Below are positions 52,372 to 64,000 of a stretch of DNA of 64,000 nucleotides, piece after piece; the stretch's first letter is position 1; each line of letters starts with the position of its first letter. This stretch comes from Octopus sinensis (taxonomy: Eukaryota). Below the pieces are notes generated by a model, which saw nothing but the letters and a program-made list of their open reading frames with translations, was not told where the DNA came from and ran no database searches. The DNA is taken from the NCBI RefSeq assembly GCF_006345805.1, contig NC_043015.1:26908001-26972000 (forward strand), in the 5' to 3' direction. A program made the translations under genes and the position numbers.

Positions 52372-54406
52372 TATTTCATAATATTCGTCATGTAGACAGT
52401 ACAAAGATTGTGTAGCTTTGCGGGCCGGACAAACACATTAATGAATGAAATTGAAATAAAATGAATAAATGAGAGACGAAACCCAACACTCATGATTGGA
52501 TTTTTCTCGAAAACATATTTTCTTTTTTTTTTAAATCATAATGAGGTTTCAAACCTCTTACAAGAAGGAGGCACTAAAACCTCTTACTTAACACGTTTGT
52601 TTTAATACACACAAATGATGTAATAAACCACTACAAATAATACAATAAGATGAGGTTTCAAACCCTCTAACGAGGCCTTTTCGCTTCCTACTCATTGATA
52701 TATCCATCGATATATTCCTCATTATTTTCAATGCCGCTTGAGTTCCTGTATCCTTCCATTTCACATGCCTCACTCATGTAGGACATGTAAGTCGTGTAAG
52801 GGCCACCCGGCCATATGCGACACTCTTTCCCAAATCCTTTAAGCCTTTCTCACAAGGGAAACCTTATGACCTCCACAGCTATCTGCGGAGGCCATTCAGG
52901 ACCTCGTGTGAATGACATATCTACTATCTCTTTATGTTCTTCTACTATTTTTCCACCTCCACACCCTTGTAGAAAAAGATAATTAATTCATCATCTTTAA
53001 AAGTGGGGGTCGTTTCTTCCACCGCGGTGACACAACTTCGGGACATGCAGACGGCACATCATCTCCCCGCTGCGATGACCCGTTCTTCTTTCTTTTTTTC
53101 TCTTTTCTTCCTGACTTCGGGAGAGTGGAGCTCTTCCGCTTTGTCCGGAGTCTCTCCCCCACCTCCCGAAGTCTTAGGGTCCTTCGGCAGGCAACTATTG
53201 TTACCCGCCTACTTCCTTTTTTCACATCCACCTCTCCCTTTGACCGGGTAGGGGAGGTGACAGTTCCGGGTCCTGAGAGCAGTTCTTTTTAATGTGGCCT
53301 GGCTGAAGGCACGAGTGGCACTTGGGGGGACGTCCCTCAAGTATCGCCGAATACCTGCAGCCAGCCATTTAAAAAAATCTGGAAAAACCAGATCTGTTGC
53401 GGCCGTCGGGGTCTACAGGGTCAAAATCGCTTTTGACCCTTCCCAATCGAACGCTGGCAATACCCTTACATTTAAGAGCCTGGACCCGCTATCCCCCAGT
53501 CCCCGTCGGATGGTATCTTCAATCCAACCCGCGTCGGTGTCTGGGGGTAACCTACATACCCAGGCTCTTATTAATTTTCTCCCGCACTACGACGAGACGA
53601 ACAGAATTTTGTTGCACGCTAATGGCTGACTCGCAAATGTTTGAGCCTTTTCCCGGTCGTCAAACAGCAACCATACGGTTTCATGTTTGACACCTCGGGA
53701 TATGTATTTCACTGAGGACAAATAGTCTTTCGGTTCATTTTCTATAACTGGTTTTGGGAAGACGGTGATGGAATCAAGAACTTTAGAATAAGTTCTAACC
53801 ACCACCGTCCTCTCCTCCATATCTGTTAACCACTGCTTAGATGGGTTAATTTCCCACTCTAAGACAGAGTTCTTCTTTTTAAGTTCCTTCTCTGCCATGT
53901 CCCAAAAAACAGTTAAAAAGTAGTTCAAAAATCAGTCCGCAAAAAAATTAAAACCGAATAAAAATAGAATTAAAACAAAATAAAAGAGAAGGAAAGGAAA
54001 CTGAAGTTCAAATAATGAAAAGAATGAACCAAAATTTAGAAAGAAAGAAAAAATAGAAGGAGAAAATAAAAGAAAAACCTCACAAATAGAACAGACAGGG
54101 AATCCTTTGTATAATACTCCAACAGGTAATCCAGTAGTGTCGGTTATTCTTGTACTCCAGGTAAATTTCGGCTTTTTCTAGTGAGATACGCCCACTAGAA
54201 TTTACAAATTATTTGGCGAAAAAAAGCCACACCAAAAATTCTCAATTCCCCGTTATGGTGATGAGAACACAATATTTTTGCTCGCTATAGCGAGCCATAA
54301 TTGACAATTTTTCTTTTTGTTCTTTTTTCTATTCACGGAGCCAAAACTCACGTCTTCTCACTGTAACAGTCCAGACCAACTAGTGTTGCATTCTGGGTAA
54401 CCGGAA
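52372..54406 (-). mobile_element. ORF1-only Tx1-derived element D (2035 bp) inserted in the SINE head
   Basis: Perfect 15-bp TSD GTAAGCAAGCTACTT; ORF homologous to C; shared 3' end. Confidence 0.9.
52780..53898 (-). pseudogene. Frameshifted ORF1 of element D
   Basis: MAEKEL..EERTVVVRTYSK..VFPK; DWEGSKA; EGRPPKCHSCLQPGHIKKNC; PEWPPQIAVEV resembles PEWPSQLAAEV in C. Confidence 0.85.
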
Positions 54407-54446
54407 GTAAGCAAGCTACTTAATACACTGCCACTTCTGCACCTAT
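54407..54446 (-). mobile_element. SINE family 1, 5' head, including TSD 54407-54421
   Basis: Reverse strand TAGGTGCAGAAGTGGCAGTGTATTAAGTAGCTTGCTTAC. Confidence 0.85.
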
Positions 54447-54803
54447 GTTCTTAAAAATGTTTGCAAACACCAGCGTGTATGCAATCAAGACAAATGAAAG
54501 GTGGCAAAATAAAGCAATTAACTTCATACTTTAAGATTTCGCTATTAATGATTACTAACGGAATCATCTGTAGCTCATCATTGAAGTCGTTGCAAGGCAC
54601 ATAATCTAGATACAAATGGTCTCTACGACAGAGAACATGCATATAAAGTTCCGCAAATTAAGTATCGAAAATATCCATCCAAATGTCTTCATGTTGGCGC
54701 GCCAAACATTCTGGAATTTGCAAAAGGTTTTGAGAACATATTCTTCGTTAGGGGCTTTGGCGTCTTCTTCTAGCGTATAGAATATACCTTGGAGGCTATT
54801 CCT

Positions 54804-54838
<35 letters not shown>

Positions 54839-54858
54839 ATAGAGAGAAAGAAAGAAAG

Positions 54859-54896
<38 letters not shown>

Positions 54897-54918
54897 CATA
54901 CATAGATAGATAGATACA

Positions 54919-54952
<34 letters not shown>

Positions 54953-54969
54953 TATAGATAGATAGATAC

Positions 54970-55056
<87 letters not shown>

Positions 55057-55754
55057 TTCATTTATTTATCAATTTACCTCTCCACCTGTCAACCATCTAT
55101 AAATCTGTCTCGGCTTCCTTTCTCTAAATCTTTATCTACATGCTTCTCTCTCACTTTCTCACTCATTTCTTTCTCTTTTCTCTCTCTCTCTCTCTTTCTC
55201 TCTACCTATCATCCAACATAACCAGCTGTCAACATACAACTACTAAGCCCCTCTACCCAAACATCTCCCTAGTTATATATCTATTTGACCATCAATCTGT
55301 CTAAATACGTAACTATTTCTGTCACCTCATCTATTAGCATTAAAACCGAGAACAGTGTCGTATTTCAACCTTCTAACACGTGATAAATTGTTTCTCTTCC
55401 AATTTATGAATGATCCTCCGGATGAATATAAAGTATTCACTAGTAATCAGTCGTTTCCTCTTAATCCAGTCAGGATTACAGTCAAGCACAAGGTTACTTG
55501 AACATTATAAATTATATAAACATACACATATACAAGGATAAATATATATGTATGTATGTGTATGTAGATATATATGTGTGTGTGTGTGTCTGTGTCTATG
55601 TCTGTGTATGTATGTATACATAAATGTATGCATGACTACGTATCAATGAAAATGTTTAATGCAATATAGACACTATACACATGCTAAACATATATATATA
55701 TGCTTACCTGTAATATTATATATCGTGTGGTGTGTGTGGTGTGTGTGTGTGTTT

Positions 55755-56125
55755 GTGGAAGCACTCCGTCGGTTACGAGGGTTTCCGGTGATCCAATCAA
55801 CGGAACAGCCTGCTCGTGGAAATAACGTGTAAGTGGCTGAGCACTCCACAGACACGTGTACCCTTAACGTGTTCTCGGGGATATTAGCGTGACACAGAGA
55901 GTGACAAGGCCGGCCCTTTGAAATACAACAGGAACAGAAGTAAGAGTGAGAGAAAGTTGTGGTGAAAGAGTAACAGCAGGGATCACCACCATCCCCTGCC
56001 GGAGCCTCGTGGAGCTTTAGGTGTTTTCGCTCAATAAACACTCACAACGCCCGGTCTGGGAATCGAAACCGCGATCCTATGACAGCGAGTCCGTTGCCCT
56101 AACCACTGGGCCATTGCGCCTCTAC
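55755..56125 (-). mobile_element. tRNA-derived SINE, family 3, apparently full-length
   Basis: GGCGCAATGGCCCAGTGGTTAGGGC (box A), GGTTTCGATTCCC (box B), ~290-nt body, (CA)-rich tail. Confidence 0.85.
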
Positions 56126-56193
<68 letters not shown>

Positions 56194-56234
56194 ATTATAT
56201 ATATATATATATATATAATATATATTATATATAT

Positions 56235-56312
<78 letters not shown>

Positions 56313-56528
56313 ATATAATCAATAGATAATTGTTAGCTAGTTGGATAGATGATAGATAAGATAGATAGCAATGATGATAGATCGAGATAGATAGATAATA
56401 TTAGATAGGTAGATAGACAGACAGACGGACGGACGGACAGACGGACGGACGGACGACGGACGGACGGAACAGACGGACGACAGACGGACGGACGGACGGA
56501 CGACGGACGGACGGACAGACAGACAGAC

Positions 56529-56617
<89 letters not shown>

Positions 56618-56640
56618 TATAGATAGATAGATAGATTGAT
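56126..56640. repeat. (TA)n, (GACG)n and (GATA)n microsatellites
   Basis: Directly visible. Confidence 0.9.
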
Positions 56641-57562
56641 TTACATATTATAATAGTTAAATATTATTTACATATAAATAATAGTTAAATACATGAATGT
56701 TAATTAACGGAAGGGGCAATTATCAAACGTTGATCCATCGATGTCACTATACTTCCTGTTATGCAGAATTATGACATCCGCTCTAAAAAGACGCGGTGCC
56801 GTTTATTTGAAAATCATTAAAACAGACGAGTTCTCAGGATTGAAAAACACAGAAGACTAAAAAAAGAAAAGTAAGTCGAAGACAAAAACATATGTGTATG
56901 GTCGTTGAATTTGTTATCGAAATGACACAGAAAGACATTTGAGAGTGAAAGGAAAGCGTCTTAGAGGAAAGAAAAGATAATTTAAGTCACAGTAGGAAAA
57001 GAAATGTTGAGATGAAAATTATAGACGCTAAAAAGAGTAATGTAAATAATAGTGAAGGAAGCCAACAATTAACGGATTGGTCAATAAGCTGACGTGGGTA
57101 AATTCGCTTCGCAAGCCGGGTTATTATCAAGAATTATTATGATTTCGGCGCTTGAAAACTCGATATCGCACATCGTGGACGTGCGAGGGTACAAGAGAGA
57201 AAAAATTAAAAGAAGGCTTATAGTATAGTTTATATCATGTAGAAATGGACGTAACTCCAGCCATATGTTACCGAGAGTAGCTCCATTTATACCGTCCCGA
57301 GTCTCCTAAGAAATATCTGTGATATGGAGACACATGAGTAATAATCCTACAGGAAGACTGTGCTTTAAGAGCGATTTATTACTTGCCTCTTAGCAAATGC
57401 TTTTATCTTCACATGTTTCAGTCATGGGAGTGGAGTTATGCTGGGACACCGTTTAAAATATCTGGTCGATGGACCGCCATGTTACAGGGATGAAAACAAA
57501 TCAACACCGGTTGTCAAGAAAGTGGTTCGGCAAAATACAGAGATACACATTCATATATATGA

Positions 57563-57618
<56 letters not shown>

Positions 57619-57639
57619 CATGTTAGTTCTGTCTACTAT

Positions 57640-57780
57640 ATATTTATTCGCAAAGCATTGGTCGGCTCGAGGCAATAGCAGAAGACACCTTGCTTTGCAG
57701 TGTTTTGCGGTGATCCGGAACCTAAAACTAGTATGCTTCCAAGTGAGCTTCTTAATCACGACCCATACCGACAGCCATAC
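57640..57780 (-). mobile_element. Diverged SINE family 1-related copy
   Basis: TTGGTCGGCTCGAGGCAATAGCAGAAGACAC resembles 52278-52310. Confidence 0.6.
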
Positions 57781-57959
57781 GTTTGTGCAGAAACATTTTT
57801 ACAAGTCGCCTGTGAATTCTTAAAACTTTGCTTGAATCCCGCCTCCCTTTCAATTCAAATTACATATTTTATACTTAACAGGTTTTTCTCTCTTCCAACA
57901 GACAAGTTTGGAATGGGTAAATGTGGAATGAATTCTTGGTCTTTAATTCTTTGAGGATG

Positions 57960-58380
57960 GAGCAGAAACGTACTAACCGTCACAGGAGAGAGGTATCGGC
58001 GCCTGCATTTGAGAACACACAAAGCCAAGTATGGTGGCAGCAAGATGGATTTACTGCACTTGCAGCTCGCCCGACGATGGAACTTTTAATACAAATTTTT
58101 TCAAGGAAGATAATTTCAGGTAACTAAATTCTATTGGCCCTCACGCCCGCCTTACTTAACAGTTTCAGTCATTTCACTGCGGTGGTATCTGAAAGACTAA
58201 ATATACCATAGCCACCCTAGTACCATCCAGGAATTAAAGGCCAACATCTGTGAGGAATTTGAAGGAATAAGTCAAGGAAATTAAGAATGGTGATGGAACG
58301 CTCTTTAGAAGGAGCCCGACATTCTAAAAATAAAGAAAACTGACCATTTGTAGTAATTTTCAAAACTAATTAAAGATGTT
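57960..58380 (+). pseudogene. Tc1/mariner-superfamily transposase C-terminal relic
   Basis: VWWQQDG; degenerate WPSR.P.L; YLKD..Y...PSTIQELKANI. Confidence 0.7.
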
Positions 58381-59425
58381 CCGTAGAAGTGTATTTATCG
58401 TTTATAAAAGAATAATTGCGAATATTCAATAGGTAAAAGGGAAATCATAGTTTGCAAAGGTCTACACTGTATAGATAAGATTTTTAGAAACATGGCAAAA
58501 TATATCGATGAACGTCTAAATATACACATATCCCCATACACATGCATACATAATTACTCACACACACACACACACACGCACACACACATAATTTTCAGCT
58601 TTTATTTCTTGTATTGAGTAGATTTACGTGCATATGTAGACGAGATAAATTTCCTGAATTTGTAGATTGATATAATTAAAGGACAAATTGTGATCGCTAG
58701 CTCTAGGATAATCAGTTTGCTACCCGCTTTCACTCGTTATATTTATATTCTCCTGATTCCATGGGCAAATACGTTTTTCTGTATATCATGAGAGCATACT
58801 ATATCATTTCAGGAGGATTTGAACAGTTTTTCTGTTAAAGACGGGTAACCGATTAGTGCCCCCACCCCCCACCCGGTGAGTCCTTTCTCATTTGATTTAA
58901 GACCAAAATGACGATGATAATAAACGAATATCTGTCTCTATCATTCATAGGTGATGTCTTTAACAGCAAACACTTCATAACATCGAGTAGCATAGATGTT
59001 GATTCCTTGGGGATAAAATAATTATCGTTCTAACAATTTTAATTATAAAGCAATATCGTTATTGACAAATACACTATATAAGTACATCAATGTATATACA
59101 GCATATTCATACACACACTCATATATATGAACACACACACACATGTAGACATATATATATATATATATAGTATATAACTTAAGTGTGTGTGTGTGTGTGT
59201 GTGTATGTGTGGGTGTGTATTTCAGTTTTAACGGAGCTACAGTCACGTACAAACTCGCATACAATGTGCGTATACTTGAATATATGCATACATAAACATA
59301 TACAACAGTTTAGAAATGTATCAATGGACATCTAAACACACACATACGTATTATCCTATGTATATGTGTGTGTATGGTATGTGAGCGCGTGTTTCAGCAT
59401 GCGTTTTCTGCTGTATGTATATGTA

Positions 59426-59460
<35 letters not shown>

Positions 59461-59580
59461 GAAGGTATGTAGATATATGCATTTTATACACACACACACA
59501 CAAATACACACATATATACACATATATATATGTATGTATATATAGATATATATATATATATTCATACATACACATACACA

Positions 59581-59633
<53 letters not shown>

Positions 59634-60349
59634 CATATATTACATATATTACAAATATATATATGTGTGTGTGCAAACATACGTACAAAAATGCACGCAT
59701 GCATGCATACGTACATAAATACATACATATTTACATGCATGCATACATACATACATACATACACAATACATACATATATTTGCAATCTTTAATACCGCTT
59801 AATAGCAATGGGCCATTCTTATGGGAAATCGATCTATAATTTATATATAGTGGATATTGGATTTTATTATAAATTCATCATAAATCTATTTGTACAGTTT
59901 AGAATTCTCCGGAGGGTTCCACTTATGGCACCAATATCAAAACAATTCTCTATCACTCAGATTGCTTCGGGTCTTTCAATATGGAAACTTGTCCTGAAAT
60001 TGTAGGAACATAACCTTTTCAGCTGAAAATCATATTATACGTAAAGACATACATATAGCCACTCATATAGAACATATATGGTATTGGTATTTATATATAC
60101 ATAAATATATGTATGTTTATGTGTATGTGTGTATGTATAGTGATACAAGCAAGAAAAATAGAACAAAATATGAGCATATGTATAAAGGACTCAACCGGCA
60201 AGAGATCTTGGCACTTGCGTCATTATCTATCTATCTATCTGTCTGCCTGTCTGTCTGTCTGTCTGCTGTCTCTCTGTTTGTCTGTCTATCTATCTATCTA
60301 TCTATCTATTTATCTATCCATATATATATACACATATATATATAATAAT

Positions 60350-60953
60350 CGTTACATGGCAGACCCTAGCCGTGCACCCACCCCCAGAGAAAACGCTCCG
60401 ATAGGTGCTGTAGTTCACGCCGCCCTTCCCTTTAAACGTCAAGACCAAAGTAGGTAACATCTTTAGCTTAGTTGATATACACTTAGATTCAACAAAATAT
60501 TTAATAGATATACCCTGAGATATACCTTTAGATATACCTTTAGCTATGCACCAAGTGTAAAATGGATTTTAGTAAGTAGACTACACCCGAGGCAGAGGCA
60601 TGATGCTCTTCCAGGGGTAACACGGAGACAGTTTAATACGAGGCAGAGGTAACAGCCACAGGACCCAATGGACAACCGAGTGTGCGGAAGTATGTGGGGG
60701 TAACAGAAAGACCTTTCAGTACTCGATATAACAACCACACGTACTTCTTCAACATCCCAGAGAGATGTAACACCACAACCCTACCGAAGCACGTTTGATC
60801 TTTAAAAGAGTACAGAATAAAGTGGAAGATACTGGAGAAATGCAGACCGTACTTCAATAACAGCAGGAAGTGCAGGTTATACCTGGCTGAGAAGGGAGCA
60901 ATTTTAAAGGGTACCCAACACCCGGATGTATCAATACATAGGTGTATGTAATA
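60350..60953. mobile_element. Possible solo LTR
   Basis: ~600-bp complex segment between TA tracts with near-inverted termini CGTTACAT...ATGTAATA and an internal AATAAA. Confidence 0.3.
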
Positions 60954-60961
60954 TATATATA

Positions 60962-61020
<59 letters not shown>

Positions 61021-61023
<3 letters not shown>

Positions 61024-64000
61024 TGGCTCGGCTTCGCGAACGAAGATCAGGAAGTCTGTCCACGTAGCGTGCATGCACGTTCATGACTGACAAGTCCAAT
61101 ATAGGAAAGGCAGGTCAGTGAGCAGTGTCCACAGACGAAGGTAACATCCGGTGTGGTGTCAGAGGCGGCTCGTACCTTCCTCCTGCGTCTCTTGTCTTTA
61201 AGCGCGTTTCTTCTTTGTTCCTCAAACTTGCTGACTGCGTTGAAGATCGTGTGGCACCAGACATCACAGTCTGCAGCCAGGCCTGACCAGCATTGGTGGT
61301 TAATATGACATGCAGTTAGAGACTGCTTGAGGCAGTCTTTGTAGCGCTTCCTCGGTGGCCGGTGGAGAGTTCACGGTTCTCCATTCTGGAGACATGCCCA
61401 GCCCATCGGAGGTGTGACTTCAGTAGCATGGCTTCAATGCTGGGGATCTTGGCCCACCCAAAGAATTCAATGTATGTTGAGGATGGTGCTGACACATCGT
61501 TGGTGGAAGCGCTCGAGGAGACGGATGTGACTGCAGTAAGTGATCCAGGTCTCTGAGCCATAGAGAAGAGTGGTGAGAACCACGGCCCTGTAGACACTGA
61601 TCTTTGTTTTGTTCTTCAGGCTATTATTGTGCCAAACACGTTTGTACATTCTGCCAAAGGACCTATTTGCCTTAGAGAGTCTATTTTCAATTTCTTTGTC
61701 GATTCTTGCATCGAATGAGATGATGCAGCCCAGGTATGTAAACTGCTGAGTTGATTTCAGTTCGGTACCGCAGATAGTGATGTGGGGTGGGCGGTAATCC
61801 TCTTGGAGTGTAGGTTGGTGAAGTACCTCCGTCTTCTTGAGGCTGACCTCCAGGCCAAGGAGCCTCGAGGCGTCTGCAAAGCAGGGCGTAATGCGCTGCA
61901 GAGCTCGCTCTGCTTGGGCGACAAGGATAGCGTCGTCTGCGAAGAGAAGGTCTCGAATCAGCCTCTCCTGGGTCTTGGTGTGGGCTTGGAGGCGCCGTAG
62001 ATTGAAGAGGCTGCCATCCAGACGATACCTAGCATACACCCCATCCTCATCCTCCATATCTTCAGTTGCATGCTTGATCATCATGCTGAAGAAGATGCTG
62101 AAGAGAGTCGGTGCCAGGACACAACCCTGCTTCATGTCGTTGGAGATGGGGAAGGGCTCCGACAGGTCACCATTGAGTCTGACCTAACCACGCTGATTCT
62201 CGTGCAGCAGGATCACCATCTGTAGAAACTTGGTGGGACAGCCAAGTCGTTCCAGGATGAGCCATAGTCCTGTCCTGCTCACTGTGTCAAATGCTTTTGT
62301 GAGGTCGAGAAAAGTAGCATAGAGTCCCCTGTTTTGTTCTCGGCACTTCTCCTGGAGTTGGCGCAGGACGAACAACCATATTCGTTGTGCCTTTGTTGGC
62401 TCTGAATCCACACTGGCTCCCGGGGAGGTTTTCTTCAGCAATGGTTGGTACTAGCCTGTTGAACAGGATCCTGGCAAGTTCTTTGCCGGCGATGGAGAGT
62501 AGGGTGATTCCCCGGTAGTTGGAGCAGTCAGACTTTTCGCCCTTGTTCTTGTACAGGGTTATGATGACGGCGTCACGAAGATCCCGTGGCAGCTTGCTCT
62601 GCTACCAGCAGCAGACAAGAAAATCATGGTGCTTGTCATGGAGCATCGGACCTCCATTCTTCCCGATTTCTGGTGGGATGCCGTCAACTCCTGCTGCTTT
62701 GCGACTCTTGAATTGTCCCATGGCTTCAATCGTTTCTTTGAGGGTGGGTGGTTCGTTGAGCTCCTCTTTGAGTGGAAGGTGAGGAATGCGAAGGATGCCA
62801 GCGTCCTGTACGGTACGGTTAGCATTGAAGAGGCTTTGGAAGTGCTCGGACCAGCGAGCGAGAATGGAGGTGTTATTGATGAGAAGGTCCTGTCTATCTG
62901 AACTGCGCAGGGGACTCTGGACCAGGTGGGTGGGAGCTTACACTGCTTTCAGAGCCTCATAGAAGCCTCTATAGTCTCCGAGGTCAGCGCACAGCTGGGT
63001 TCTCCACGCCAAGTGGTCCCGGCACACGTTCTGTATTTCTCTGAGTTTTCGCTGTAGAGTGCTGCATGTGCGTCGAAAGGTAGTTTTCTTTACAGGACAG
63101 GCTGGTTGTGCGAGGTGGGCCTGATGAGCTGCCCTCTTCCTTGCTAGTAATTCCTGGATCTCCTTGTCATTTTCATCGAACCAGTCCTTGTTTTTCTTCT
63201 TTGTGTTCCCGAGAACTTCCATAGATGTCTTAAGCATGGCTGATTTCAGGTTCTCCCACAAGGTGTCTGGGGTGGTGTCATCAGTGCAGGGGGATTCGTC
63301 TAGTCTTTGCTGCAGGTTTGCTTGAAACTTGATTTTCAGTTCCTCCCGGAACAAGCTGTCGACATCGAGTTTCTTTGCGTGGTTACCTTTCTTCTTGGGT
63401 TTGGGTTTGAACTGCAGTTTGAGCTTGCAGCAAACAAGGATATGGTCGGTGTGGCACTCGTGTGTAGAACGTCTTTCAGGTCCCGCTGGCGTACAAGCAC
63501 ATAGTCACGTAGATGCCAATGTTTGGACTGGGGATGCACCAAGTTGTTTTTAGACGGTCTTTCTGTTGGAAGATTGTGTTGGTAATAGCAAATCGGTGCT
63601 CTGTGCAGAACTCGAGCAGGAGGTGCCCGTTGTCATTACAGCCACCAATGACGTGTCTTCCAAAGACTCCTTTCCAAGCCTCCGAGTCCCTCCCAACTCT
63701 TGCGTTGAAGTCGCCAAGGATCAGGACCTTGTCGTTTGCAGGGGTGTTATTCAAGCGTCTGCACAGATCAAAATAGCAGCTGCCTTTGTCCACAGGATCT
63801 GCCAGTAGAGTTGGAGCATAAACACTGAAGTGCGTGAGATGTTGTTTGCTCTCCAGTGGTAGGCGCATGGATATGATGCGGTCGAGTGGCCCGTGGCTAA
63901 CATTTCCAGTTTGAAGGTGATTTTGTAGGACTCACGTTTTTCAGATGATGGTTTTCCGGACCAGAAGAGGGTGTAGCCAGCGTCACGTTCTTTGAAGCTG
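61021..64000 (-). mobile_element. RTE-clade LINE, degenerate; 5' part beyond the window
   Basis: SVYAPT, LGDFNARVG (EN); FLDLTKAFDTV, KQGCVLAPTLF, LLFADD, FTYLG, LLYGSETW, LRWAGHV; many frameshifts. Confidence 0.95.

Noticed and set aside
56050-56125. tRNA gene
   Set aside because: Boxes A and B are present, but the acceptor stem is poor and the sequence continues into a SINE body; the same applies to the other SINE heads.

Overview
AT-rich animal DNA saturated with microsatellites and transposable elements, with no convincing host protein-coding exon. The tRNA-derived SINE families and repeat landscape suggest an octopus genome (inference). Main result: Tx1/L1-clade non-LTR elements insert site-specifically, in sense orientation, into the same 15-16 bp site (GTAAGCAAGCTACTT on +) in the tRNA-like head of one SINE family. 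At 1-7032 three elements are stacked head-to-tail, separated only by copies of this site: one ORF1+ORF2 element, one ~2 kb ORF1-only element and a close relative of the latter cut by the window edge. At 52229-54446 a fourth, diverged ORF1-only element splits another SINE copy with a perfect 15-bp TSD. The three visible 3' ends share a terminal stem-loop. Second result: about 15 minimal type I hammerhead-ribozyme motifs from about 8 short repeat families, often in inverted or partially tandem (~544-556 nt) arrangements typical of Penelope-like elements or retrozymes. Also present: R4/Dong elements in (TAA)n, an RTE LINE, a HERO-like fragment, Helitrons (one joined to a piggyBac fragment), mariner/Tc1 relics and several SINEs. 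All calls were made by eye; no searches were run and many boundaries are approximate.
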